Of a stretch of 32,000 nt of DNA, positions 15,134 to 24,558 are shown piece after piece. The number at the start of each line of letters is the position of its first letter. The first letter of the stretch is position 1. A program made the translations under genes and the position numbers. The stretch is taken from assembly GCA_934691225.1 (NCBI GenBank), contig CAKUSQ010000001.1, forward strand, positions 1 to 32,000, read 5' to 3'. Source of the DNA: an uncultured Opitutales bacterium. GTDB lineage: Bacteria > Verrucomicrobiota > Verrucomicrobiia > Opitutales > UBA9783. The notes beneath the pieces are model-generated. The model did not search any database and had not been told where the DNA came from. It saw only the letters and a program-made list of their open reading frames with translations.

Positions 15134-17440
15134 ATGGAAGCAAGTTATCTCATACAAGATTTAACAACCATCATGGTAACCGCGAGTATTGTATCGATCG
15201 TTTTTTCAATTCTCCGGTGGCCTAGTATCCTTGGATACCTCGTTGCAGGGTTAATTGTTGGTCCCTACATCACATCCAATTTTGTTATACGCGATGAAGC
15301 TTCTATACATAGCATCAGCGAATTGGGTGTTATATTTTTGATGTTTTGTATCGGTCTAGAATTTGATCTAAAAAAACTGCAACAAACGCTATTCCCTTCT
15401 ATCTTAGCCATGTTTTTTCAAGCAGTCATGGCATTTTTTACAGGTGCTTTAGTCGCACACTCACTCGGATGGAATCCACTCTTAGGAACTTTTTTAGGAG
15501 CTATTTTTTCCATCAGCTCCAGTATGGTTGCCATCCCTATTTTAAAAAACAAAAATGCTTTGAAACAACCTTTTGCACAATTTACAATTGGTGTAGCTGT
15601 ATTAGAAGATATCTTTGCTGTTGTACTTTTGGTCTTACTTTCTAATTCTAGACAAGGGCACTTTAATTTTACAGAATGTTTAAATCTTATCTTCTGGATT
15701 ACGGTATTCATCGCTAGTATGCTCATCTTTGGACGACTAGCAGCACAACGTTTTATCGTCTTATTAAAAAAAATCACAAACGAAGAAATTGTTCACATTT
15801 GTGTTGTTGGCTTAATATTACTCCTAAGCGAATTATCGAGCAGTTATTCCAATGCGTTAGGAGCATTTCTTGCAGGTGCTATCTTTTCAAACACGCCAAT
15901 CATCCATAAACTTGAAAGTATGATAGCTCCTATTAGGGATGTATTTACAGCTGTTTTCTTTGTTTCCATTGGAATGCTCATCGATCCAAAACTTATTTGG
16001 ACCTATAAAGGACTCATCTTATTGCTTTCATTCATTGTTGTTGTAGGACAATTGGTAAGCGCATGGTTTGGTTTCTTTTTAAGCGGTCAAAAACCAGCCA
16101 ACGCTTTTCGAGCTTCTTTACCCAAATCACAAATCGGTGAATTTAGTTTCGTTATTGCTGCCCTAGCGCAATCCTTGGGTATTGATGATGGGCAATTGAT
16201 GGCTATTACGGTAGGAACAGCGTTATTTAGCATTATCGCGGTTAATATTTTATGTGCCAAAGAAGACATTATTTTACAAAAATGCACAGATATTATTCCA
16301 CCTGCCCTAAAATCTTGGGCAAACCTTTATCAAAACATTTTAATTTCCATTCAAAATCACTTATCTGGAAGTCGTTTCCTAAGTATCGTACGGAAACCTC
16401 TATTAAAGATCGTTATCCACTTTTTCCTCATCAACGCTATTGTATGGTGCAATGATTGGTTATGTGAATTTTTGCAGACTCATCCCATTCCACACCTTGA
16501 AAACTACACTATCTGGATTCAACGTGGTATGTCACTGCTGTCGTTGTGTTTAGCATTACCCTTCATGAGTTGCGTTGTTAGAAATATCAATTTAATTATC
16601 CTAAGCATTTGCAAACATACGTTAAGAAGTTTATTTGTGAGACTGAATCATCACGCTACACTCTACCAGATTTTTCAGCTCCTAATAAATACAATTGCAA
16701 CGTTAATTTTTACTTGGATATTCCTTATGTCTTCCGCTAAATACTTACCTGCTTATACGCCTATATTGCTTTTAACCTTTATTGGTGCAATCCTTGGTTT
16801 TATATTCTGGAGGCATTTAAGGAAATTAAATTCGCAATTTGAATTTATGTTTCTAGAAAGCTTTGCTAGCGAAGTTGAAAATGAAAATGAAAAACGTCGT
16901 CAAGCTATGATCAAAGTGGTTACCAAGAAACATCCATGGAATGTACTAACGCGTCAAATTACACTTCCACCACAATCAAACCTTATCGGACAAACACTCA
17001 ATGAAAGCCAATTACGTGCTAAAACAAAAACAACTCTGTTAGGTATTAGTCGCGATGGTTTTTTCAGTGATCTTGTTTTCCCTGATCATGTTTTTTATCC
17101 AGGAGATACTCTACTTCTACTAGGAACCAATGAACAACTTGACGAAGCTGAGAAATTTATTTCTCAAAATCGAGCCATTCCGATTGATAACAGTGCTGAA
17201 TTTGATTTCGATCAAATTATTATCACGGACAAACATCCATTTTTGAATGAAACCTTAGCTTCTGTTGATGTACGCAACCGTTTTGGGGTCAACATCGTAG
17301 GAATTCAGCGTAAAAATCAACAAATTGAACACTTAAATCCAACAGACATATTCAAAATCAGTGATTGCGTATTGCTCGTTGGACATCCAGGTAACATCGA
17401 ACATCTCAAACAGTGGATAGACCAATCCATTAAAAGTTAA
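15134..17440 (+). CDS. CPA2-family cation:proton antiporter (Kef-type) with extra membrane module and two C-terminal TrkA-C (RCK_C) domains
   Basis: 768 aa. The N-terminal ~390 aa are Na_H_Exchanger-like (ILGYLVAGLIVGPY, ELGVIFLMFCIGLEFD). About four further TM segments follow. Two RCK_C-like repeats then occur (…GQTLNESQLR…GISRDG…PGDTLLLLG and …NETLASVDVRNRFGVNIVGIQRKN…SDCVLLVG). Confidence 0.8.
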   Translation: MEASYLIQDLTTIMVTASIVSIVFSILRWPSILGYLVAGLIVGPYITSNFVIRDEASIHSISELGVIFLMFCIGLEFDLKKLQQTLFPSILAMFFQAVMAFFTGALVAHSLGWNPLLGTFLGAIFSISSSMVAIPILKNKNALKQPFAQFTIGVAVLEDIFAVVLLVLLSNSRQGHFNFTECLNLIFWITVFIASMLIFGRLAAQRFIVLLKKITNEEIVHICVVGLILLLSELSSSYSNALGAFLAGAIFSNTPIIHKLESMIAPIRDVFTAVFFVSIGMLIDPKLIWTYKGLILLLSFIVVVGQLVSAWFGFFLSGQKPANAFRASLPKSQIGEFSFVIAALAQSLGIDDGQLMAITVGTALFSIIAVNILCAKEDIILQKCTDIIPPALKSWANLYQNILISIQNHLSGSRFLSIVRKPLLKIVIHFFLINAIVWCNDWLCEFLQTHPIPHLENYTIWIQRGMSLLSLCLALPFMSCVVRNINLIILSICKHTLRSLFVRLNHHATLYQIFQLLINTIATLIFTWIFLMSSAKYLPAYTPILLLTFIGAILGFIFWRHLRKLNSQFEFMFLESFASEVENENEKRRQAMIKVVTKKHPWNVLTRQITLPPQSNLIGQTLNESQLRAKTKTTLLGISRDGFFSDLVFPDHVFYPGDTLLLLGTNEQLDEAEKFISQNRAIPIDNSAEFDFDQIIITDKHPFLNETLASVDVRNRFGVNIVGIQRKNQQIEHLNPTDIFKISDCVLLVGHPGNIEHLKQWIDQSIKS

Positions 17441-17442
17441 AA

Positions 17443-18057
17443 TTATAACGATGAATTCAATGCTGTAACGGTTGTTTCTACATCCAAATCGCTAGGTAAA
17501 GATTTAGCTGCAATCGTGATGCTTGAAAAAGGCATAGGAATTTTGAAGTGATCCCATGATTTTAAACTCCAAAATCGATGCATTGAAAAATGTACACTTG
17601 AAATACGGTATCGGTGTTCTAAAGCCCACTTAACAGAACCTGGTTTGCACACACAACAAGGACCTTTAGGACCATCCGGTGTAATGATAATGTCACAAAT
17701 ATTACATTTTCGTTGTTCAAGTTCATGCAAAGCCATCGAACCTCGCCAAGAACTAGAACCTCGAATAGCCATTACTTTAAACCATTTTACCAATGCTTCC
17801 AACCAAGCACCATCTTTACTTGCGCTCATCAAACCGTACATAGGTCTATGTTTACGTAACTTTCGAAGCATAGGTGCTACAAACAAATTATGATGCCAAA
17901 AATAAAAAACTTGTGGAACATTTTCATTGCTTCGAAATAAATTTCGTGTCGCTTCATCCATCTTTATACGCAATGTCAGATACCACAGACGCAACAACCC
18001 ATAAATAGGAATTACGCACAATCTTTTGATAAAATTCAAATGATAAACTTGTCGCAT
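17443..18057 (-). CDS. DUF374 / lysophospholipid acyltransferase-like family protein
   Basis: 204 aa with the IITPDGPKGP block characteristic of DUF374 proteins. Its start is 4 nt after the mutS stop, so it is probably co-transcribed. Confidence 0.7.
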   Translation of the reverse strand: MRQVYHLNFIKRLCVIPIYGLLRLWYLTLRIKMDEATRNLFRSNENVPQVFYFWHHNLFVAPMLRKLRKHRPMYGLMSASKDGAWLEALVKWFKVMAIRGSSSWRGSMALHELEQRKCNICDIIITPDGPKGPCCVCKPGSVKWALEHRYRISSVHFSMHRFWSLKSWDHFKIPMPFSSITIAAKSLPSDLDVETTVTALNSSL

Positions 18058-18061
18058 TGTA

Positions 18062-20554
18062 TCAAAATAAATCTAATTGTGGCGTTGTATCTGAACCTGG
18101 ATGCTCATTGAGCAGTTTTTGTAAAACTTTACATTCATTTTCCAATTTCCCTAAAACAGCTTTAGCACGTTCTATAACTTCTAAAGGTAATCCAGCCAAC
18201 TTTGCAACCTGGATTCCATATGAACGACGAGCACTTCCTTGACAAATTTGATGCACGAACAAAATCTCATCGTTCCACTCTTTAACTAAAACATAAGCAT
18301 TAAAAATGCGCGGATAAAGCTTTTCTAGTTGCGTCAATTCATGATAATGTGTAGCAAAAAGTGTACGCGGCCCCATTTCCAAGTCACGCTGCAAATATTC
18401 TACCACCGACCAAGCTATGCTCAATCCATCATACGTACTGGTACCACGACCAATTTCATCTAAAATAATAAAACTGTGAGAAGTTGCATTGTTTAGAATG
18501 TTTGCTGTTTCTAACATTTCTACCATAAAAGTTGACTGCCCATTAGCTAAATTATCACTAGCTCCTACGCGGGAAAATATACGATCCATCCAACCCATTC
18601 TGCATTGCTTTGCTGGCACCCAACACCCTATATGTGCCATCAATGCAATTAAAGCATTTTGCCGAATGTACGTTGATTTTCCAGCCATATTAGGGCCCGT
18701 AAGAATCATAATTTGTCCTTTTTGACAACTTAATTGAAGGGCATTAGCCACAAAATGAGCCGAAGAATTTTTTGCCTTTAAAGCACTTTCCACAATAGGA
18801 TGACGCCCCTCCTCAATGATAAAAACATCTGAATCATCCACCACAGGACAACAATAATGTTGCTCTTTGGCTAAAGAACTCCATGCAGAAAATACATCTA
18901 CCTGAGCCAAAATATCCGCTGTTTTTTGTAAAGCTTCTGAACGACTTAATACTTGCTTCACAAGTTCAACAAACAACATTTTCTCTCGTTCTATAGCCCT
19001 TTCTTGGCTATGCAAAATAAAATCTTCCTTTTCCTTCAATTCTGGCGTATAATAACGCTCAAAATGTGTCATTGTTTGCTTACGAATATAATGCACAGGT
19101 ACCAAATTTGTATTTGATTTTGTTACCTCAATGAAAAACCCAACCGCAGAATTATATTTCACACGCAAATTGCGAATTCCAGTTGCTTGCTGCTCTTGTT
19201 GTTCAAATTGCTGTAGCCACAATTGTGATTCCTTTTGTGCTGATCGTAAATGATCCAACTGTGCATCAAAACCAGAACGAATATATCCACCTTCATTCAG
19301 GTCATTTGGCAAATCTTCGACCAAAGCTTCATTTAAAGCACATTTTAAATCTTCAAACAACTCAAAACCTTGCAACAATCCATCTAAAATACAAGCATTT
19401 ACTTGCTTTAATGTATCGTAAATAATGGGTAATTGTTGAAGTGTTTCCAAAACAGCACCCAATTCACGCGGCGAACGCAAACGATTATGTAACCGTGACA
19501 AAATACGGCTTAGATCTCGTGTTTTTGCCAAAGCCGTTTGTAATTGATGCGTTACCATTGGAACATCAAAAAAAGCCTGCACACAGCTTTGACGATAACG
19601 TATGATACTTAAATCTATAAGTGGACTTATCAAAAACTGCTGGATCAATCGACTTCCTGCAGCGGTCTTTGCAACATCTAAAAAATGCAACAATGAACCT
19701 TCTCTGCAACCTTGTTGGGTTTGAAAAATTTCCAAATTTCGCAATGTAGCTGCATCCAACTGCATATTTTTTTGGCAATAATACCGTGAAATCTTTCGCA
19801 AATTCTTAGGAGAATGACACAAGTTTTCTGTAACATAAAAAACCAATGCGTTTGCACATCCCAACGCAAGTTCATCTGAAGAAATACCAAAACCATCCAA
19901 ATGATGCACTCCAAGAAGCTGTTCAAGATTTGGACGCGCTCGTTCATTGTCAAAAGAAAAACTTGGAACTTCCGAAACTGTACGATTGTGAAGCAGATCA
20001 CCTAACCACGCTCGTTGTTCTGACGTTATTTTTTCCGATAAAACAATCTCTTTGGGGCTTAAAGCTTGCAAAAATGCTAATAAGCTTTCTTTATTAGCTT
20101 CCGAAGCAATCTTAAATTCACCTGTGGACAAATCTAACCACGCAGCACATAAATAAGCTGAAGATATATCAATACTTGCAACATAATGGTTATTACCTGC
20201 ATCCAACTGACCTTCTTCTAACACCGTTCCTGGTGTTAAAATGCGCGTTAAAGAACGTTCAACCAATTTCCCAGGCTTAGGTTCTTCCATTTGATCACAA
20301 ATAGCAACCTTTTTGCCAGCCTTAAGAAGTTTGTCAATATACGTTTCAGAAGCATGGAAAGGAATCCCTGCCATAGGAGCTCCTCCACGTTGCGTTAAAG
20401 TAAGGCCTAATATACGAGCACCTACTTCCGCATCATCAAAAAACATCTCATAAAAATCACCTAATCGAAAAAATAATATCGTATCTTTAGGCAACTTTGA
20501 ATGCACAGAAAGATACTGTTGCATCATAGGTGTCACCGGCTTCTTCTCTTGCAT
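18062..20554 (-). CDS. mutS: DNA mismatch repair protein MutS
   Basis: 830 aa. Mismatch-binding N-terminus TPMMQQYLSVHSKLPKDTILFFRLGDFYEMF; Walker A GPNMAGKST; DEIGRGTSTYDG; ends in QLDLF. Confidence 0.95.
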   Translation of the reverse strand: MQEKKPVTPMMQQYLSVHSKLPKDTILFFRLGDFYEMFFDDAEVGARILGLTLTQRGGAPMAGIPFHASETYIDKLLKAGKKVAICDQMEEPKPGKLVERSLTRILTPGTVLEEGQLDAGNNHYVASIDISSAYLCAAWLDLSTGEFKIASEANKESLLAFLQALSPKEIVLSEKITSEQRAWLGDLLHNRTVSEVPSFSFDNERARPNLEQLLGVHHLDGFGISSDELALGCANALVFYVTENLCHSPKNLRKISRYYCQKNMQLDAATLRNLEIFQTQQGCREGSLLHFLDVAKTAAGSRLIQQFLISPLIDLSIIRYRQSCVQAFFDVPMVTHQLQTALAKTRDLSRILSRLHNRLRSPRELGAVLETLQQLPIIYDTLKQVNACILDGLLQGFELFEDLKCALNEALVEDLPNDLNEGGYIRSGFDAQLDHLRSAQKESQLWLQQFEQQEQQATGIRNLRVKYNSAVGFFIEVTKSNTNLVPVHYIRKQTMTHFERYYTPELKEKEDFILHSQERAIEREKMLFVELVKQVLSRSEALQKTADILAQVDVFSAWSSLAKEQHYCCPVVDDSDVFIIEEGRHPIVESALKAKNSSAHFVANALQLSCQKGQIMILTGPNMAGKSTYIRQNALIALMAHIGCWVPAKQCRMGWMDRIFSRVGASDNLANGQSTFMVEMLETANILNNATSHSFIILDEIGRGTSTYDGLSIAWSVVEYLQRDLEMGPRTLFATHYHELTQLEKLYPRIFNAYVLVKEWNDEILFVHQICQGSARRSYGIQVAKLAGLPLEVIERAKAVLGKLENECKVLQKLLNEHPGSDTTPQLDLF

Positions 20555-20621
20555 ACGCTTATAAAAATAAATTTAGCCAAACACCTCAATCTTTATTTAT
20601 TAATTTTTTAAAATCTTAAAC

Positions 20622-20653
20622 AAAAAAAGAAGCCTTTTCGAGGCTCCTTTTTT
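20622..20653 (-). terminator. Rho-independent terminator downstream of gap (bidirectional in form)
   Basis: The plus strand reads AAAAAAA-GAAGCCT-TTTCG-AGGCTCC-TTTTTT. On the minus strand this is GGAGCCT/AGGCTTC (7-bp stem, one mismatch) followed by a U-run, 19 nt after the gap stop. Confidence 0.65.
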
Positions 20654-20671
20654 CAGTTTTTGTTAATGAAA

Positions 20672-21697
20672 TTATAACAAATGTGACAGACGTTGTAAAA
20701 CATCGACACAACGATTGCTATAACCCCATTCATTGTCATACCAACTAACTAATTTAAAAAAGTGATCATTGAGTTCAATACCAGAACCTGCATCAAAGAT
20801 CGAAGAATGCGTATCATGAATAAAATCGCTTGAAACAACTTCATCCTCTGTATAACCCAAAATTCCTTTTAAAGACCCTTCAGCAGCTTCCTTCATTTTT
20901 TTACAAATTTCTGCATACGAAGTAGCTTTGGTAGTTTTAACAGTCAGATCTACTACTGAAACCGTAGGTGTTGGAACACGAAATGACATTCCTGTCAATT
21001 TACCTTTAACTTCTGGCAATACCAATCCAACAGCTTTAGCAGCTCCAGTCGTAGAAGGGATAATATTAGTAGCTGCAGTACGTCCACCCTTCCAATCCTT
21101 TTTAGAAGGACCATCAACAGTCTTCTGGGTAGCTGTATAACTATGGACGGTGGTCATCAAACCTTCCTCAATTCCAAAATTTTCCAAAATAATTTTTGTG
21201 ATTGGAGCCAAACAATTGGTGGTGCAAGAAGCATTTGAAATCAAACAATCGGAAGCTTGCAAATCTTTTTCATTAACCCCCATAACGATCGTACGAATTT
21301 TTTCGCCTTTTCCTGGTGCTGTAATAAGCACTTTTTTTGCTCCTGCAGTGAGATGACCTTGTGCTTTTTCATCACTGGTAAACAAACCCGTAGACTCAAT
21401 CACAATATCAACCTTCAAATCTTTCCACGGCAACGCGGCTGGACCTTCTTTAATTGCCAAACACTTAATCTCCTGTCCATTCACCACAAGCACATCTTCA
21501 CCTTTTGCTTCAACCGTTCCGCTAAAGCGTCCTTGAGTAGAATCATACTTCAACAAGTAAGCTAAATTATCAGCCCCAACCAAATCGTTAATGGCAACTA
21601 CTTCGAAATCCTTTCCGAGTAAACCGCGCTCTGCCATTGCACGGAACACCAAACGACCGATACGGCCAAATCCATTAATTCCTATTCTTGTTTTCAT
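20672..21697 (-). CDS. gap: Glyceraldehyde-3-phosphate dehydrogenase (type I)
   Basis: 341 aa with INGFGRIGR, the catalytic block [12 protein letters not shown], and WYDNEWGYS. Confidence 0.95.
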   Translation of the reverse strand: MKTRIGINGFGRIGRLVFRAMAERGLLGKDFEVVAINDLVGADNLAYLLKYDSTQGRFSGTVEAKGEDVLVVNGQEIKCLAIKEGPAALPWKDLKVDIVIESTGLFTSDEKAQGHLTAGAKKVLITAPGKGEKIRTIVMGVNEKDLQASDCLISNASCTTNCLAPITKIILENFGIEEGLMTTVHSYTATQKTVDGPSKKDWKGGRTAATNIIPSTTGAAKAVGLVLPEVKGKLTGMSFRVPTPTVSVVDLTVKTTKATSYAEICKKMKEAAEGSLKGILGYTEDEVVSSDFIHDTHSSIFDAGSGIELNDHFFKLVSWYDNEWGYSNRCVDVLQRLSHLL

Positions 21698-21830
21698 AAT
21701 ATAGTTAATTATACTTGGTAAAAAAATATCTGTAAATCTTTATTTTTTAAAAATTCAAAAATCGTCATCGTTTAATATAAAACATTATTTTTAGCTTCAC
21801 TTATTGCGAACAATCGCATTGAATAAAAAC

Positions 21831-23195
21831 ATGTTTGAATCATTGTCCGATCGATTTTCAAAAATTTTCTCAAGTTTATCCAAAAAACGCAACCTAAATG
21901 AAAACAATATTGCTGAAGCTTTAGCTGACATTAAAAAAGCTCTGCTAGCTTCTGATGTTTCTTTTGAGGTTGTGCAAAATTTTATTGATGAAATAAAAAA
22001 TGAATGCATCGGGCAACGTATTTTTCAAAATGTTCAACCTGGACAACAAGTTGTAAAAATTGTTTATGATAAATTGGTTGAAATTTTAGGGGGTGAACAA
22101 GCCGATCTATGTACACAACGTCCACTCAAAATCATGATGGTAGGCCTTCATGGTGCCGGTAAAACAACGACCAGCGCTAAATTAGCTTTGTGGCTCAAAA
22201 ATAAAAATGAAAAACCTGCTTTGGTAGCATGTGATATTTATCGTCCTGCAGCTATAGAACAATTAAAAATCCTAGGTCAACAAATCAATATCCCTGTTTT
22301 TAGTTATGGACAAATTCCTGTCGAAGAAATTGCACAAAAAGCTTTAAAAGATGCTACCAACCAGCATTGTTCCGTCATTATTTTCGATACTGCCGGACGC
22401 CTTCAAATCGATGAACCTTTAATTGATGAAGTAAAACAACTAAAACAATGTATTCAACCGCAAGAAATTTTCTTGGTTGTCGATAGCGCTTTAGGTCAAG
22501 AAGCTGTCAATATTTCAAAAACATTTCATGAAGCTTTAAACTTAACAGGAACCATTTTAACAAAACTGGATGGTGATACCAAAGGTGGTGCCGCCTTATC
22601 CATGAAACGGTCCGTACAATTACCTATCAAATTTTCAGGTACGGGCGAAAAAATTGAAGATTTCGAAAAATTTTATCCAGATCGCATGGCAAGCCGAATC
22701 CTAGGTATGGGCGATATCGTTTCCCTAGTTGAAAAAGCGCAAGAAGAAATGGATAAAACTACCATTGATCACTTATCTCAACGGCTTATGCAAGGAAATT
22801 TCAACTTTGATGATTTCTTGCTTCATATTCAACAAATGAAAAAAATAGGATCTCAAGGCGGTTGGACAAAATGGTTACCGAATTTACCCTTTTTACAATC
22901 GAATGATTTGTACGACAAAGAAATCAAAGCCTGCGAAGCTTTCTTATTGTCCATGACTCCTCAAGAGCGCCAACATCCTAATTTATTAAATTCATCCTAT
23001 CGACGTGCACGTATTACACAAGGGGCAGGTTTAAACATTTCTGATTTTAATAAGTTTTTAAAACGCTTTCAAACCATAAAGAAAATTTCTCAAAAAATTA
23101 AAAAAACAGATCCTAAAAAACTAAAAAGTATGTTAAATTCCATATCTGGAAACAACCAATTTTTAAATACAACTTCTCAATTATTTAAAAAATGA
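21831..23195 (+). CDS. ffh: Signal recognition particle protein Ffh
   Basis: The conserved start MFESLSDRFSKIF is at ATG 21831; the track ORF begins at an upstream TTG. It has the NG domain (GLHGAGKTTT, DTAGRL, TKLDGD) and a Met-rich M domain. Confidence 0.93.
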   Translation: MFESLSDRFSKIFSSLSKKRNLNENNIAEALADIKKALLASDVSFEVVQNFIDEIKNECIGQRIFQNVQPGQQVVKIVYDKLVEILGGEQADLCTQRPLKIMMVGLHGAGKTTTSAKLALWLKNKNEKPALVACDIYRPAAIEQLKILGQQINIPVFSYGQIPVEEIAQKALKDATNQHCSVIIFDTAGRLQIDEPLIDEVKQLKQCIQPQEIFLVVDSALGQEAVNISKTFHEALNLTGTILTKLDGDTKGGAALSMKRSVQLPIKFSGTGEKIEDFEKFYPDRMASRILGMGDIVSLVEKAQEEMDKTTIDHLSQRLMQGNFNFDDFLLHIQQMKKIGSQGGWTKWLPNLPFLQSNDLYDKEIKACEAFLLSMTPQERQHPNLLNSSYRRARITQGAGLNISDFNKFLKRFQTIKKISQKIKKTDPKKLKSMLNSISGNNQFLNTTSQLFKK

Positions 23196-23692
23196 AACGC
23201 GTGTTTATGTTTTTTCCAACACACTGGATTTTAAAAATAGCTACCTTAGGTCGCCTAGGATATCTGGGGAAAATGCCAGGAACCAATGGTAGCTTTATAG
23301 GTCTTATTTGGTACACGCTCTTTTTTCATGAATTATCACCTTTTTTTTATCTAATTTTAGGAATTTTATCAGTTTACATTGCCTGTGAAATCTGCACACA
23401 AGCAGAAATATTGCTTCAAACAAAAGATCCACAGTGTGTAATTTTAGATGAAATGGTGGCTATACCTTTTTGTTTCCTTGGTTTACAACCTGCCATGCAA
23501 CTATATCCTGTATGGATGTATATGTTGAGTGGTTTTCTATTATTTAGATTTTTTGACATTCTTAAGCCCTTTGGTATAAAAAAACTGCAAACCTTACCTG
23601 GCGGATTAGGCATCGTCATGGATGATGTAGCTGCTGCTTTAGCTAGCTGCCTTTGCCTTCACATCTTAACTTTTCTACTAGCGCAATGTTAA
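23192..23692 (+). CDS. pgpA: Phosphatidylglycerophosphatase A
   Basis: 166 aa with PGTNGSFIGL, ILDEMVA and FRFFDILKPFGIKKLQTLPGGLGIVMDDVAAA. ATGA overlap with the ffh stop. Confidence 0.8.
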   Translation: MKRVFMFFPTHWILKIATLGRLGYLGKMPGTNGSFIGLIWYTLFFHELSPFFYLILGILSVYIACEICTQAEILLQTKDPQCVILDEMVAIPFCFLGLQPAMQLYPVWMYMLSGFLLFRFFDILKPFGIKKLQTLPGGLGIVMDDVAAALASCLCLHILTFLLAQC

Positions 23693-24438
23693 CGATTAAA
23701 GTGCTAGGTAGCAGCAGTTCTGGCAATTGCGGACTACTCGTTTGCAATGGGGACTATTATCTAATCGATGCAGGCTTTTCAGGGAAAAAAACAAAAGAAA
23801 AGCTTAGTAAGTACGGTATTGATTTGCATGACATTTCAGGCATTTTTATAACCCATGAACACCACGATCATACACAAGGATTAAAGGTGTTTTCAAAAGT
23901 AAAAAATATAAAATTTTACGCTAATTACAAAACAGCTCAAGCGATTGAAAACAAACATAAATTAAATGCTCCGTGGTGCATTTTTGACTCCGAGGAAAGT
24001 TTTCTTATAAAAAACCTGCTTATTCAAACATTTTTAGTACCACATGATGCAGCTGAACCTGTCGGCTTTCTATTCAAAAGCGATACGACTGCATGTGCTT
24101 GGGTAACAGATATTGGTCATATCACTGAAAAAATAGAAAAAATTCTCGTACAAGCCGACACTTTAGTTATAGAATCCAATCACGATATCAACCTTCTTTG
24201 GAATCACCCTGAACGTCCCTTATATTTAAAAGAACGAGTTGCGGGAGATCATGGGCATTTATCTAATCATGATGCCTATAAATTTATAAAAAATGCACAT
24301 CATCATTGGAAAACCGTTTGCCTATCCCACATCAGCAAAGATTGCAATTCTATCCATCTTCTAAATCAATTATTTCAACCGCTTGCACAGCAACAGAAAT
24401 TTGAGCTTGAAATCATTGATCCCATTTTAGAAAATTAA
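23686..24438 (+). CDS. MBL-fold metallo-hydrolase (YycJ/PhnP-like)
   Basis: The likely start is MLTIKVLGSSSSGNC at ATG 23686, overlapping the pgpA stop as ATGTTAA. It has the HxHxDH motif HEHHDH and a distal H in GDHGHLS. Confidence 0.8.
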   Translation: MLTIKVLGSSSSGNCGLLVCNGDYYLIDAGFSGKKTKEKLSKYGIDLHDISGIFITHEHHDHTQGLKVFSKVKNIKFYANYKTAQAIENKHKLNAPWCIFDSEESFLIKNLLIQTFLVPHDAAEPVGFLFKSDTTACAWVTDIGHITEKIEKILVQADTLVIESNHDINLLWNHPERPLYLKERVAGDHGHLSNHDAYKFIKNAHHHWKTVCLSHISKDCNSIHLLNQLFQPLAQQQKFELEIIDPILEN

Positions 24439-24465
24439 TAATTGCTGTTTTATTTGATCTTGTAT

Positions 24466-24495
24466 TTGACATTTTGTATAAAAAAGCTTTTTAAT
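24466..24495 (+). promoter_or_regulatory. Candidate sigma70 promoter for rho-metG (TTGACA-N18-TTTAAT)
   Basis: A perfect TTGACA at 24466-24471, an 18-nt spacer, then TTTAAT at 24490-24495, about 64 nt upstream of the rho ATG. Pattern match only. Confidence 0.35.
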
Positions 24496-24558
24496 AGTAA
24501 CTGTTAGATCAAAAATTAACAGATTTTAAATTTTCCTACATCAAATTATTTTTATCGT

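Noticed and set aside
15418-16455. ORFs 15418..15777(-), 16087..16287(-) and 16252..16455(+) within the Kef-type gene
   Set aside because: They are overlapped by a continuous 768-aa transporter ORF with clear family motifs.
18057-20097. Multiple small ORFs overlapping mutS on both strands (e.g. 18489..18725, 19183..19425, 19566..19778, 19678..20001, 19846..20097)
   Set aside because: All lie inside the intact 830-aa MutS frame, and none shows recognisable features.
20928-22009. ORFs antisense to gap (20928..21140, 21150..21356, 21257..21565) and 21797..22009(-) overlapping the ffh start
   Set aside because: These are shadow ORFs of strongly supported genes. 21797..22009 is antisense to the conserved Ffh N-domain.
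23653-23685. Upstream start (23653) for the MBL-fold hydrolase
   Set aside because: The family-typical N-terminus MLTIKVLGSSSSGN starts at 23686. The longer form would overlap pgpA by 40 nt, against a 7-nt ATGTTAA overlap.
24503-24530. Short inverted repeat CTGTTA-N10-TAACAG in the rho leader as a regulatory hairpin
   Set aside because: The stem is only 6 bp and I cannot assess conservation. Rho autoregulation does not require a specific hairpin.
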